A stretch of 63,730 nucleotides of DNA, the filler included, from Rozella allomycis CSF55 (taxonomy: Eukaryota): the NCBI GenBank assembly GCA_000442015.1. It is 10 parts of 10 records of this genome, joined end to end, with 100 filler letters (N's around TTAATTAATTAA, not from the genome) between each part and the next. Parts side by side here need not be neighbours in the genome. Positions count along the whole stretch, not along the records: positions 35,419 to 46,572 come from KE560833.1; positions 46,673 to 48,393 come from KE560839.1; positions 48,494 to 50,495 come from KE560840.1; 7 more parts are not named here. One strand, given 5' to 3'. The position numbers and the translations under genes are program-made. The notes below the pieces were generated by a model that was not told the DNA's origin, ran no database searches, and saw only the letters and a list, made by a program, of their open reading frames with translations. Of this stretch, positions 37,939-50,068 are shown piece by piece; position 1 is the first letter of the stretch, and each line of letters begins with the position of its first letter.

Positions 37939-40900
37939 TTAAAGAGAGTTTATTGCATCTAATACAGTAGCACTTGACCAAGCCTGAATATGACTAGAAT
38001 GCTCGCAATGCACTCCATTTTCATTTGTCAATTCCGGCAGCCCACTCCATTCATTTTCAGCGATGTATTTTCTGTGGGTGTACAAAAGTGCGTGAATTTT
38101 GTGTTTCTTTTCTTTATCCTATTAGTAGAGGTGGATGTGGTGTACTGGGAGGGTTGAAAAGATGTTTATGGATTTTAAAAAGTAACCGAATAGCCAGACC
38201 CATTCGGGGCCCTGATGGTAGTTGAATCCTTTGGCGATTGAGGGATCTGAGGATTGGTTGTCGTTGTCGTAGAAGCCTCTGTATTCCCAGTCTGAGGGAT
38301 CTAATGTTTTCATGCCTAACTAATGAAAGAATATTTCAAGTACCTATTTGAATACTCTAACCTATTGATTACCTATTTGAATACTCTAACCTATTAATTA
38401 CCTATTTGAATACCCTAACNCTAATACAGTAGCACTTGACCAAGCCTGAATATGACTAGAATGCTCACAATGCACTCCATTTTCATTTGTCAATTCCGGC
38501 AGCCCACTCCATTCATTTTCAGCGATGTATTTTCTGTGGTTGTACAAAAGTGCGTGAATTTTGTGTTTCTTTTCTTTATCCTATTAGTAGAGGTGGATGT
38601 GGTGTACTGGGAGGGTTGAAAAGATGTTTATGGATTTTAAAAAGTAGCCGAATAGCCAGACCCATTCGGGGCCCTGATGGTAGTTGAATCCTTTGGCGAT
38701 TGAGGGATCTGAGGATTGGTTGTCGTTGTCGTAGAAGCCTCTGTATTCCCAGTCTGAGGGATCTAATGTTTTCATGCCTTTCTAATGAAAAATATTCAAA
38801 GTACCTATTTTAAAACTTTAAACTCGTTGTTACCTATTTTAAAAGTTTAAACTCGTTGTTACCTATTTGAATACCCTAACATATTGATTACCTAAAGGAC
38901 CAAGTAGATTATTTTCAATAGTGTTTAAACACTTTTGTACATTCTCAGGCTTGAATAATTCAGGAGCAACACTAAAAGCAATGCAACAATTTGGTCTCAG
39001 CTGGTAATCTCTAAACGGCAATGAAGATTTATAACAATCCTTGTAAATATCAATACTCAATAAAGAAAATGAATTACCAGTTTTGTGGATGAGAGATTCA
39101 TCAATTTCGTAATTATTGAAATTGGTTGAGGGGATGAAGAAGTGTTTTTCAAAGTTAGATTGGATTAGATTATTCCATTCTTTAAACGATACGAATTTGT
39201 CTTTTTTGATGATTGTTGGAATTTTTACCATCTAGTTGGATTCCATTGAAGGGATAAATGTTTTCTTCTTGTANAAATTTATCTTTTTTGATGATTGTGG
39301 GAATTTACCATCTAGTTGGATTCCATTGAAGGGATAAATGTTTTCTTCTTGTAAATTGCAAATCCAACGAAGAGTTGATTTCAGCATGGCGATTATTTCA
39401 ATAGCTGCACCATCCCTTGGTGTTGCTGGTTTACCTTATTTCTAGAAAATAGTTGAATTGTGTACCTAATTAATGTCATTTAAACTCTTTTACCTAATTA
39501 ATGTCATTTAATGAGCTTTTTTACCTAATTAATGTCATGTAAACTATTTTACCTAATTAATGTCATTTAATGAGCTTTGTTACCTAATTGATTTCAGCTA
39601 ATGAACTTTGTTACCCTTGTTAACTTTGGAATCACCCATCTTATCCATCCTAAACAAAGTTTAACAATTTGAATTACCAAGTGCCACAATTGGAATTATT
39701 TCCCCCAAAAACAAACCCAGTTTCCCAATCAGTGGAAATATCAATATTGAATCCCTCATCGCTCATCGCATGATCCAACAGAGGCCCAGCATTCCATTCT
39801 CTAAAATGAATTCCTTTAACAAACCAACCACACACAAATACCTCTGGCATGCGACTCTAGAATATTTTGAATGAAATCAACAACTCTCATTTCAACAGTG
39901 TATGCTCTATCATCAAATTCATCAATGTAATCATCATTAAAGAATCTTTTGTATTTGGAGATGTGGAATACCTTTTTTTGAATTTGACAAATAGAAAATT
40001 GTTTCCTTCTGGACTTTTCAAGCAATAATCTTGGATTGCTTGAAGACAGAACCAGATAGAGTCTCTTGAATTGTAGCGTGGTTTTCTGGCAGCGTCTAGT
40101 AGATTTGGAATTAATCCATGTTTAAGGACAGAACAGAATGCTAAAATGTGATCTCTTGCGTCTTGGAATCTATTTGTTTGTAAATAGAGTCCTTTGGAAA
40201 TGAAAACATCTCTTCCCCAACAACGCATATGTCTAATAGCGAAATGTGGCAGTCCTTTAAATCAATTGAGAATAAGGATACCTTTATAGTTTCAACAAAA
40301 TCATTTACCTATAGATTAACTTTAACAAAATAGTTTACCTAATTAACAATTAAAATTATTTTCTTACCAGCTGCTAGTGATGGAATGTCTTTGAATGGAT
40401 CTAATCCAGTATTCTTCACTACCCCTGTCAATGCAACACTAGTAAGACCAAGAGATTGAATAAATTTATCCTTTCAATTTCAAACAATAAAAATACTTTA
40501 TTTTCTAGTTTCATCAACTTGATTGCCTTTTCTTTCAATTTCTCATTAATTTCATTTATAATCAAATAAATAAATTTTGGTCGGAGATAAAAAACAATCT
40601 AATCTAAAAATAGATTAGGAAATTTACTAATTTCAATTCATTAAAAACAGATTTCAAATAATCAATAAATTCAAATAGATTTAAGTTAAAAGTTGAATTG
40701 TATTTAATTAATCTATTAATATAATAATCTAACAACCAAATGCCTCCTCTTAAATGATTACAAATTGGATGACCCAAATCATTCAACTCTACAATTTTCT
40801 TTATTGAATTTAAGAAACCAAAAAACCCACAATATTTAAAACTGCCAAAATTATCAATGAAATAACTAGATTGATTAATAGACTCATTTTCTTCTATTTC

Positions 40901-43865
40901 ACTTTTAAACATTATTATATTCAAATTATTCAATGAATTCAAACATTCAAAATTCAAAATATTTTTATCATTCAAACTTTTATACAATCTTTCAATCTGT
41001 ACATTGTTTTCTGAAACTTTTTCAAATATCAACACTGACCCTGGTGTAAATGTTTTCTTTAAAATTATTTCTAAATACAATCCATGATGATCTGTCCCTT
41101 CTTCTATTTCAAAAAAGTCATCTCTATCAACCAAAAGGGGAGTAGTCAAGGGAGTGAATGGAGTCAATGGAGTTAAGGGAGAAGTAGACGGAGAATGATC
41201 ACCACTTTCACCTACTGCATCTCCCCTACTCTCTCCACCTTTACTCTCACTGATTAATTGCTTGGAAAATATTAATCTATATTCACCCCTCAATTTAATC
41301 TTCTCAAATGTCTCATTCCCCTTTTCTCTAAACGCCATATGCGCAATCAACAAGTACCCCTTCAGCGTCACTGGATCTTCTCTCGTTATTCTCACTACTT
41401 GGTCATCTTGATGCACAAACGTTTCAATACACTCATTCATCTCCACATGCAATCTATTCAGAAATCTCCTTGCTTGTTTAAACTCTGTATCCACTAGTTC
41501 ATACAATTTATCTTCCTTGACCAAGTCACGCTGCTTCAAGTACAATTCATCATAGCCATACACTGATCCAATAGCTGATCTGGTAAACGCTACTATACTC
41601 GTCAAGGGTAGTGTATCGCTAATTGTTCTCTTTTGATTTGGCATTTCATTGTCATGTGTACAATCCATATACAATGCATGAATCAATGATGAGTTTTTCA
41701 CTGTTACGCTATTTTTACCTTTTCAACTATTTAAACTATTCTTACCTACTATGATACCATTAGAGCTTTTATTACCTATGATACCATTAGTGCATCTATT
41801 ACCTATTGTTACACCTACAACTATTCTTACCTTTGAATTTCTCATTTTCAATTGCATTCTTGAATGACCCAATCGTCTGCCCACTCAGTTTATGACTAAT
41901 CCTACATTGCTCCGACACATCCCATGGCTGAATGCCTTCTCTAATCAATGAATTTATTCCCAANTTGAATTCTTGAATGACCCAATCGTCTGCCCACTCA
42001 GCTTATGACTAATCCTACATTGCTCAGACACATCCCATGGCTGAATGCCTTCTCTAATCAATGAATTTATTCCCAACTTTGACACAAATATCAAATCCTT
42101 CTCTTCTGACCCAGTAAACAGTTCAGCTACAACATACAAATCTCTCCTCACCCTCCTCCCTGCATCAATCAAATACTGCGCTACTGGAATGGGCGTTGAA
42201 TGGCAATTGTCAATCCTAAACCCATGGAATATCTCAGCCATCTTTACACTATACTCTCTCATATACTCCCACAAGATCAAATTATCTCTCTTTAATCAAC
42301 ATTGTTTATTAAATTTACTGGCTCTTTTCCATACCTCAGTTTCACACAGTCGCCCCAAATAATCACCTGTCGCAAGAAATACGCATTCGTTTCTGCAAAA
42401 TTATTCAATGGATCGCCATTCCAAATCCATCCATTATTCACCAACGCATATTTCTTTCCATTCCTCTCAAATCTCGTAAAATATGAATACAACAAGGGTC
42501 GCTCTTTACTCACTCTGCCCAACTTTGGCCCATTCTCCGCCAATCTCTCATACTTTATTCTATCTCTCATATTCTTTATTATCACTTCAACATCCTTGTC
42601 ATATTTCTCATAAATAGGCAAATTCAAGCCATTCAAAATCTCTAAATACTCCTTCATCACAACCCTCACATCTTCATTATACTTTAACAATTCATATGCA
42701 ACAAGTCTCTTCACTCGCACAGAATTTCTATCTTTTCCAGCGTCTTGGTACATTCCATTCTCTCGCAAATATTTAATCTTCTCTTCCAACTTCATCTCAC
42801 TCATCTCTCCATCCCTCTCCTCCATCCTATTCTCAAACAACTCCCTCATCTCTGCAATCGCTCTCTCAACATCAACAACAAAATACTCCCACAATTTATA
42901 CCGCTTCATCCACTCATTCTTAAACACTCCTATCACCTTGTCCAACTCTCGCTCATCTCCAATCTCTCCACTCAATCCATACCCCTGCATCCCTTCCCCA
43001 AACTCCAATATCGCCTCGTCCAACGCAAACGCTACCTTCAAATGCGGACTATTCTCCAAATTATACCCTCTACCTCACATCCACCAATCATTACCCGCAT
43101 CCGGATACTCCCTCAACCACTCCGCATTACTAGCCATATGGTTCCACACTACATCCACTATCATATACAACCCCCGCTTCTCCATCCCTCGCACAAACTC
43201 ATTCAACGCAGCATATCTCTCATCCTGCCTCTTCTCCACTCCAACCAGCCCATCATCCAACATCAACGGATCATACAGCGAATACGGCGACCGACTCTCC
43301 CCCTTTTGCTGCACAGGACACAGATGCACCATATTATACCCATGCTCAAGCGCATCCTCCATATACTCGCCCCATCGCTCAATCCCTCCCATCCACTTGG
43401 GCACCATCGTCTTCAACACAATCTCATCAACCTCAATCCCAATCTTCGGCGGGATCTGGAAATACCCACTATGCGAATGGTTCCCAAGTCTATCCACATA
43501 CCTCATACCACAAAATCTACAATGTTACCGGTACTCAAAGGTTCCTGCATACATCACATTCGCCAACATCCCAAACGCATCCGTCTCGCAGTCATAGTAC
43601 AAATCAATTCGCGCAAACCGTCGCCGCTCAAATTCAGACCTCTCTCTTCCAACTTTATCACTTACGAATAATTGCATTCAATGTATCCACCACCATGCTC
43701 CAGACACGGTGAACCGGCCGTTACCGTGAATTTCAACGTTATCGGGAAATTCAAATGCGGGAATCGGATAAACTAGAAAGAATTGCATTTCTTCTTTACT
43801 TGGATGGACTTTGATGGAGATCCATCAGCCTCCAACGGAATTGTTACTGTTATCGATTCTTGCAT
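37939..43865 (-). CDS. GDB1: Glycogen debranching enzyme (4-alpha-glucanotransferase/amylo-1,6-glucosidase), multi-exon
   Basis: [93 protein letters not shown]. Confidence 0.96.
38778..38891 (-). other. Compound intron: 4 abutting GT..AG micro-intron units (29+29+29+27 nt)
   Basis: Removing all units joins TTA G|GC ATG to give the conserved [10 protein letters not shown]. Confidence 0.85.
39435..39614 (-). other. Compound intron: 6 abutting GT..AG micro-intron units (31+31+28+31+28+31 nt)
   Basis: Removing all units joins AAG G|GT AAA to give [17 protein letters not shown]. Confidence 0.88.
40255..40367 (-). other. Compound intron: 4 abutting GT..AG micro-intron units (29+30+27+27 nt)
   Basis: Removing all units joins GCT G|GA CTG to give SLAAGLPHF. 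Confidence 0.85.
41719..41830 (-). other. Compound intron: 4 abutting GT..AG micro-intron units (28+27+30+27 nt)
   Basis: Removing all units joins AAA G|GT AAA, in frame to [12 protein letters not shown]. Confidence 0.85.
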
Positions 43866-43992
43866 TACTAGGCGATATCTCTAGGGTACAAAACCAAAAC
43901 AAATTGGAAATTAACCAAGCCATAAAAATTGTACAGTCAAATCGGGCTAAAATTCAATACTTACATGAACGCTTCAATTTTAAACGTATAAC

Positions 43993-44722
43993 TTAGTCTT
44001 TATTTAATTTAACTCGCGTGTAATGACCATGCTTTATGCGCACACTAAATTTGGCAATACCAATCGCCAAAAGCCATGCAAAAACAACAATCGCAATCTG
44101 GCCATATAAACTAACTCTGCCAAAAAGCGGATACACCCATATCTATTTCACAACTCACAAATACATACCCCATCAATATAATTCACAACATGCACTAGCA
44201 CCAAATATCCCACAGAAACAACAAAACTAACAATGCAATCCACCGGATCAATTCTTTATCATCATAACATAAAATGTACCCAACATGATGCGAAAAATAC
44301 ATCCATTCAACCCACATCGCAATCGCCGGCACCAGATGCATCTCCAAATTCTTCCACAGAGGCAGCACCTTTTCAAATTCAGGATGGTTCACCAACTCTT
44401 CATGGATCAGCAATGACTTGTCATAGGTAAACAGCAGCCAGAAAAATGAAAAGATTATATTCTCCATCGAAAACGCAAGCACTAGCAGGCGAGATACCCG
44501 TTGGCCTGGGAATATCAAGAGCAGAAATAGAACAAGGGCTGTTACGTGGGCACCGAGGATTGTTAGGAACTAGGATATTAACGCGATTGTTGATACTTGG
44601 TACCGACCAAGTGTTGTTTTTATGAGACCAGAGTCAAACATCATGCCGTCTACAGTGAGGACTAGGAATATTAGACGGATGATGATTTTTGGATATGTTG
44701 ATGGCTGCATTGCAATTTCCAT
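43993..44722 (-). CDS. FAR-17a/AIG1-like membrane hydrolase, multi-exon
   Basis: GRYQ-FLTILG (catalytic Thr region), EMHLVPAI (His), WVYPLF; several TM segments. Confidence 0.8.
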
Positions 44723-45137
44723 GAGAGTTTTGAAAGAGTTTGAAGTGGGTGGAAACTTCCTGATTTATGAAATCTCCTGAATGGAAACTTTCCCTCGATG
44801 AGATTCAGAATGAAGTCGATTCTCTCAAAAAGAAGTCTAATTTCATTTATACTGTGACTCCATTATAATTCTTAACTTTATTTGATACTGATTAACAAAC
44901 TAATCGTTTTGAGATATATTTGTCGTCTCTAGGTCTTGACCACATGCCTTCAAACTTGTACGCTTGGTGTTGGATATGAAATCTAGGGTTGCACTTTAAC
45001 GCCTACTAATAACAATATAATTAACTTAGTGCGTTAATAACGGTTAAAGACTCAATTGTTACAGTATCCACAAAAAAATCAGTCTATGAAATACAAAATA
45101 GGATTTATTGAATACGCATTTATCGCAAATTGTATCT

Positions 45138-46283
45138 TTAGTTATTGTATTTGTAAATATCATTTTGCAACAGCATGTAATCGACTAAAAATTCCAGATT
45201 TTTGATTCGCCGCAGGTCAAAGGATGAAAGATCCCAATTCTCATTCCTCGATCGTATTAAATTTTCTACCAAAAATGCAATGCTTTTAAATCGATATCTA
45301 ATGGGCTTTGGATTTTCTAGTGCTGACTGTAAGAATTCGCTCACAACTTCAGAATTGCTAGAGTGTTTAGCTATCCAAGATTTCATATCATCAGAACCTC
45401 CTAGAATCAATTTTCTGCTCTTTGTAACATTCTTGGAATCCTTTGCTGACTTTTTGATACCCGAGGATAGTTTTGGTCCACCGCCATCCCTTTTCAAAAT
45501 TGGAATTTGCAAGTCTAAACTCGCATGAAGATTTTTTGCGACGTTTAGATCGTGTGATGAAACTTCATAATAATGTCTCACCCTTGCTCCATAATCCACA
45601 CTTGTGGCCACATGTGTTCCAAATTTCTGAATGAAAAATTTGTACCCAAACCACCTAGAAGAATCAAGTTGAGTCGTTCTTAAATCTGCAGGAAGAAGTG
45701 AGTTAAATAGAAATAACATATCTTCAGCGTGCTTAATTTTGACTAGATCATTGTCATCTATTTGTATTGTATATAGAACATTCATTTTATCTTCTAGATA
45801 ACTAATGATGCTTTTGGAAGAATTGTTTCGCGGCATTGATTCATTTCTTAAACTTAGTGATAACCCTAGTCCGCCTTTAAGCAAAGAAAAAAAATACGAC
45901 AGGCTCTTTTTAACATTGAAACTGAACGCATTCGTTAGATAAGTTGTGTATGAAGAAAAACTGTCAATAATTTCATTACTTTCATCGTAATTATTGATTT
46001 TAGAATATTTAATGTTCACCTCGTCAAGATCATACAACTGTGTTTCCGGCTCAAAATTAAGGAATAATATCTTGTTTCCAGTAAGGGTATGTCCATGTCC
46101 AAGAAAGCTTTTAGCGTTTGAGATATTACCAGCTACTTTTTCAATTTCTTTGTGGCGCGCGTAGAGAGTCTTTAATTTCATGAGAGCGTCACTTTCTTGT
46201 GTAAATATTCTCTTTGATTTTATTGCTGAAACTGTATTTCCAGTCATTTCAAAAACAAGAAACAGAAAGACCAATAAAATCAT
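45138..46283 (-). CDS. Secreted MACPF (perforin-like) domain protein
   Basis: Signal peptide MILLVFLFLVFEMTG, LGHGHTLTG, MACPF signature variant FIQKFGTHVATSVDYGA, ILGGS and PKPIRYRFKSI; intronless 381 aa. Confidence 0.8.
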   Translation of the reverse strand: MILLVFLFLVFEMTGNTVSAIKSKRIFTQESDALMKLKTLYARHKEIEKVAGNISNAKSFLGHGHTLTGNKILFLNFEPETQLYDLDEVNIKYSKINNYDESNEIIDSFSSYTTYLTNAFSFNVKKSLSYFFSLLKGGLGLSLSLRNESMPRNNSSKSIISYLEDKMNVLYTIQIDDNDLVKIKHAEDMLFLFNSLLPADLRTTQLDSSRWFGYKFFIQKFGTHVATSVDYGARVRHYYEVSSHDLNVAKNLHASLDLQIPILKRDGGGPKLSSGIKKSAKDSKNVTKSRKLILGGSDDMKSWIAKHSSNSEVVSEFLQSALENPKPIRYRFKSIAFLVENLIRSRNENWDLSSFDLRRIKNLEFLVDYMLLQNDIYKYNN

Positions 46284-46672
46284 ATTTTCACACTGACAAG
46301 GGTGTATAAAAAAGGCGCAGCATCATTCCATAATCAAGCATGACAGTTCAGTGCTCATAATCGCCTTGACCATTTGAAAATAAATAAAAAAATTTAAGAT
46401 TTTCTTTTCCATTTTTATTTACAATCCCACCTTCCTCTGGATTTTCCAAGCCACATCATCGATTGACCAATGAGACAATTCGCAGGGGCGATTTTCCATT
46501 TATTAAAAAGGACGCATATTAATTCTTACAAAAGAGGGTTTTATGGTGCTGTTATTGGATGTTCCTTTGCTTNNNNNNNNNNNNNNNNNNNNNNNNNNNN
46601 NNNNNNNNNNNNNNNNTTAATTAATTAANNNNNNNNNNNNNNNNNNNNNNNNNNNNNNNNNNNNNNNNNNNN

Positions 46673-47381
46673 CCATGAAGGTACTAACGAGCATGTCTAA
46701 CCAACTTCCTCTAAACAACAATCCAGCTACTGAACCCGAAAAAAGACCAAAAGCTAAAATCTTTGCAAAATAAGAATAATATGAACTCCGTAAAGTTATC
46801 TCATCAATATCTTTGATAAAGTCGCCAAGCTTAGCGCCAAGAGTTTTTCCTAATAAGAGTTCATTCAACGAATTTTCAACCAATTGCAGTTTGTACATGT
46901 CAAAACCAGTCGAGGCTTTCAATATTTGCGTGCAACTCTGTTCAGATTCAAAGTCATTCAAGGAGATTATAATTAAGGATGGCAGTATAACAAATGATCC
47001 TTGGATTCTAAAGGACTCTGACACCATTAACAAATTAGACTCCAAGCGATACGATGGGCAACCATATTCATACAAACTTAACGCGACTTTGCAGATGTAA
47101 TCCTTTTTCTTATTGAATGATTCAGATGACAATCCTTTTAAGTAAAATAGCAGGGATGGAATAATTGGATCTTCATGCACATCGATACTGTTTTCCATTA
47201 AAGGACTAGCTATATTGGGTCTTACAGTTGCTGTGGTCTCATATGCAGAGCTAAAAGATGGGCACGGTTCTTTATATGGGGTTTGACCATAGCTCTTGTA
47301 GGAAAATGAGTAAGATTGTAACAGAGAAAGTGCTGATCTAGGATGCAACGGTTTTTTCCCAAGTGATTCATTAAATTGCAT
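46673..47381 (-). CDS. ThrE/DUF1212 (Prm10-like) membrane protein, 5' part truncated by gap
   Basis: SLYEYGCPSYRLESNL, ILPSLIIISL, GFDMYKLQLV, LLFRGSWLDM. Confidence 0.8.
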
Positions 47382-47699
47382 TAATAAATTAGAGTTAAAT
47401 TTTAAGATTCAAGGGTGAGCCACCTCATCAATAACTTTCAGCGAGTTTTTACTTCAGAAGAGGAGTCAATAGAAACAATAAGGATGATTTATTAGTAAAT
47501 GACGCGAACATTGATTATTAATAAGTTGTTACCTTCCCAGGCAATTAGTCCAATTCTAAAACCAATTCAGAGTATTTATTCATTCCAAATATATTTTTTA
47601 TGACAGTTTGCAGGAAAAATATGTCCGACTAATTGATACCAAAAAATTTTCAGTCTTATAATTAGATATTTTAGTCGTAAATTTCCGATAGGATTTGTC

Positions 47700-48393
47700 A
47701 TGGACGAGCTCAATTATTTGAAATCTTTACGAAGAAAAAAGTTTGTAGAATGGACGGAAGAAGAAAAAGCAAGCTTTATAGATTATAAAAATTTAAATGA
47801 GTTGATCGAAAAGCTAAGTCTGGAAATAGAAAAGAGAAACTAAATAGGAAGCGCATACATTTTGATAAATTTGTAAAATATCTCAAAAATAATGCCCAAT
47901 CTTTCACTTTTAATCAAAGGAAGTATTTATGGCAACGTTTTGTGAAAGGTTATGATGACAACTTTCTTTATCAAACGGGCGAATTTGAAGAGATAATTCA
48001 AGATATCTTTGACAGTCAACCTGCACCATACATGTCGGAATGGATCAAAGCTTGTAAACTTTTGAAATGTTCCTTTCAAGATACTCCAGGTCAATCTTTC
48101 TGGAGAAGGTTTTACGAGTGCTTGGAATATGGCATATTAGATACATCATTTTTGTTTAAGTTTCCAAATTTCATAAAGAATAAGCTCTCGGAAAATATGT
48201 TTAGCAGTAGTTTGTCATGCAAGATTGAATGTTTGAATTTAGAGACTGTGATTGATCCTACAGTAACAGAGAGTTTTCCATACAAAGTTGCATTTTTTAA
48301 AGCCAAAACTTTCGAGCATTCAAAAGAAGCTAATCCAGAAGAACAATATCGATGCCTAATTGGGTGGATTTTTGAGGCTGGATTGTGTTTCAC
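47700..48393 (+). CDS. Hypothetical protein fragment truncated by gap
   Basis: ATG near 47700, probable short intron, ORF 47942 running into the gap; no family recognised. Confidence 0.35.
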
Positions 48394-48493
48394 NNNNNNN
48401 NNNNNNNNNNNNNNNNNNNNNNNNNNNNNNNNNNNNNTTAATTAATTAANNNNNNNNNNNNNNNNNNNNNNNNNNNNNNNNNNNNNNNNNNNN

Positions 48494-50068
48494 AAACAGG
48501 ATGCCCCAAATAACTCCCAAATCACCAGCATGACCAGAGAAAGCAATGAAATCAAGAAGTTTTTGTCTTTTAAATTTGTATAGACGAGTATACACAACAT
48601 CGGCAACATAATCTGAGGCAAACAAATGAGTTCTGGTTAAGAAATCATTCTGGACAACACAGTGAATAAGACAATCTGTCTCTNCTGTCGTCTTTTAAAT
48701 TTGTATAGACGAGTATATACAGCATCGGCAACATAATCTGATGCAAACACATTAGTTGTGGTTAAGAAATCATTCTGGACAACACAGTGAATAAGACAAT
48801 CTGTCTCTTCACTAGATGCTTCTAGATTCCCAATAGCTCTGAACAAAATATCCAAATCTACATAAGAAATGGTAGACGCTAGTAGCATTTGTTGGCTTTC
48901 ATGAAGTGCATGCGCCAGAACAAATCTTGGAATTCCTCCCCACTTGTTATACAAATCATTGACAGTCCTCTCTGGTAAATCCTGATAAAGCAAAGAGCGA
49001 CAAGCTTGAATTTCGTCCTTGCTCCAAACTGACATATATCGGATATCGCAATAATCTTTGCTGAATTGATACCAAACTTCACGACGAGGAGATGACAGAA
49101 GAATGGTCTTGGCAGCAACTTCCACTGGTNTAATATCCCAATCTACATAAGAAATGGTAGATGCTAATAGATCTTGTTGGCCTTCATGAAGGGCATGCGC
49201 CAGAACAAATCTTGGAATTCCTCCCCACTTGTTATACAAATCATTGACAGTCCTCTCTGGTAAATCCTGATAAAGCAGAGCGCGACAAGCTTGAATTTCG
49301 TCCTTGCTCCAAACTGACATATATCGGATATCGCAATAATCTTTGCTGAATTGATACCAAACTTCACGACGAGGAGATGACAGAAGAATGGTCTTGGCAG
49401 CAACTTCCACTGGTTTGAAGGCATCAACAATGTATATGGTATTAGGATCATGGAGATAAGGAACAAAGTCTGATTGAGATCCACTGCTAATCACTCCAGA
49501 CGAAAATAGATATCTCTCGTTGCTTCTCCCTCGCTCATAAACCACAGTATGGTTATGCTTCGCGAAATAATGAAGAAGAAAATACCCGAAATAGGTTTTA
49601 CCAATCCCAGGATTTCCTAGAATAACCAAGTGAGGCGTGGTGGGATCTGCAATAATTTCCAGACATTTAGCTAGAAGAAGCGTATAACAAGGACGCACAA
49701 ACCAAGACTTGCCAATGCCTAAATTCCCAAGGATATGAACATTCTCTGGTAGATTTACGACAGTACTGGGAGCACCAATTTCCAAAACCCGTAGTGCATT
49801 CCAGTATGCGGCAACTCTAGAAGTGTAGATTGTAGCAGCCACTAAATCAGTATTCAAACTTTTATTTCTTACTTGTAGAATGAAGCTTGTTGTAAACAGA
49901 TGGACCATAGTCATCACCAAGTTTTCTAATCCAATCTTGTTTGTCCCATTGACAATACAGACCAAATTCAATGATATCTCCATCTTTATCTTTCAAATTT
50001 TCAACTTTATCTTTGAGCTTCTTGCTTGTTGCAACCAGCCAGTTTTTAAATTCTTCCTCTCTAATCAT
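48494..50068 (-). CDS. Crinkler/RHS-type (CR) effector-like protein with P-loop NTPase domain; disrupted or misassembled
   Basis: WFVRPCY, VILGNPGIGKTYFGYFLL, VVYE, YIVDA, TILLSSP, YMSVWSKDEI and KWGGIPRFVL are typical of the CR-NTPase module. Frameshifted N-terminus; duplications across single N. Confidence 0.75.

Noticed and set aside
39435-39614. CRISPR-like appearance of about 30-nt repeats
   Set aside because: No unique spacers and no cas genes; it lies inside a eukaryotic gene and tiles into GT..AG units.
42745-43671. Long + strand ORFs (308 and 219 aa) opposite the debranching enzyme; similar ones opposite IleRS
   Set aside because: Antisense shadows of purine-biased codons with no recognisable domains.
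48850-49420. Apparent tandem domain duplication in the CRN protein
   Set aside because: Near-identical 285-bp copies meet at a single N (49130), the same pattern as at 184, 38420, 39274, 41963, 52781, 53544, 56250 and 57767; most likely unmerged contig or allele overlaps.
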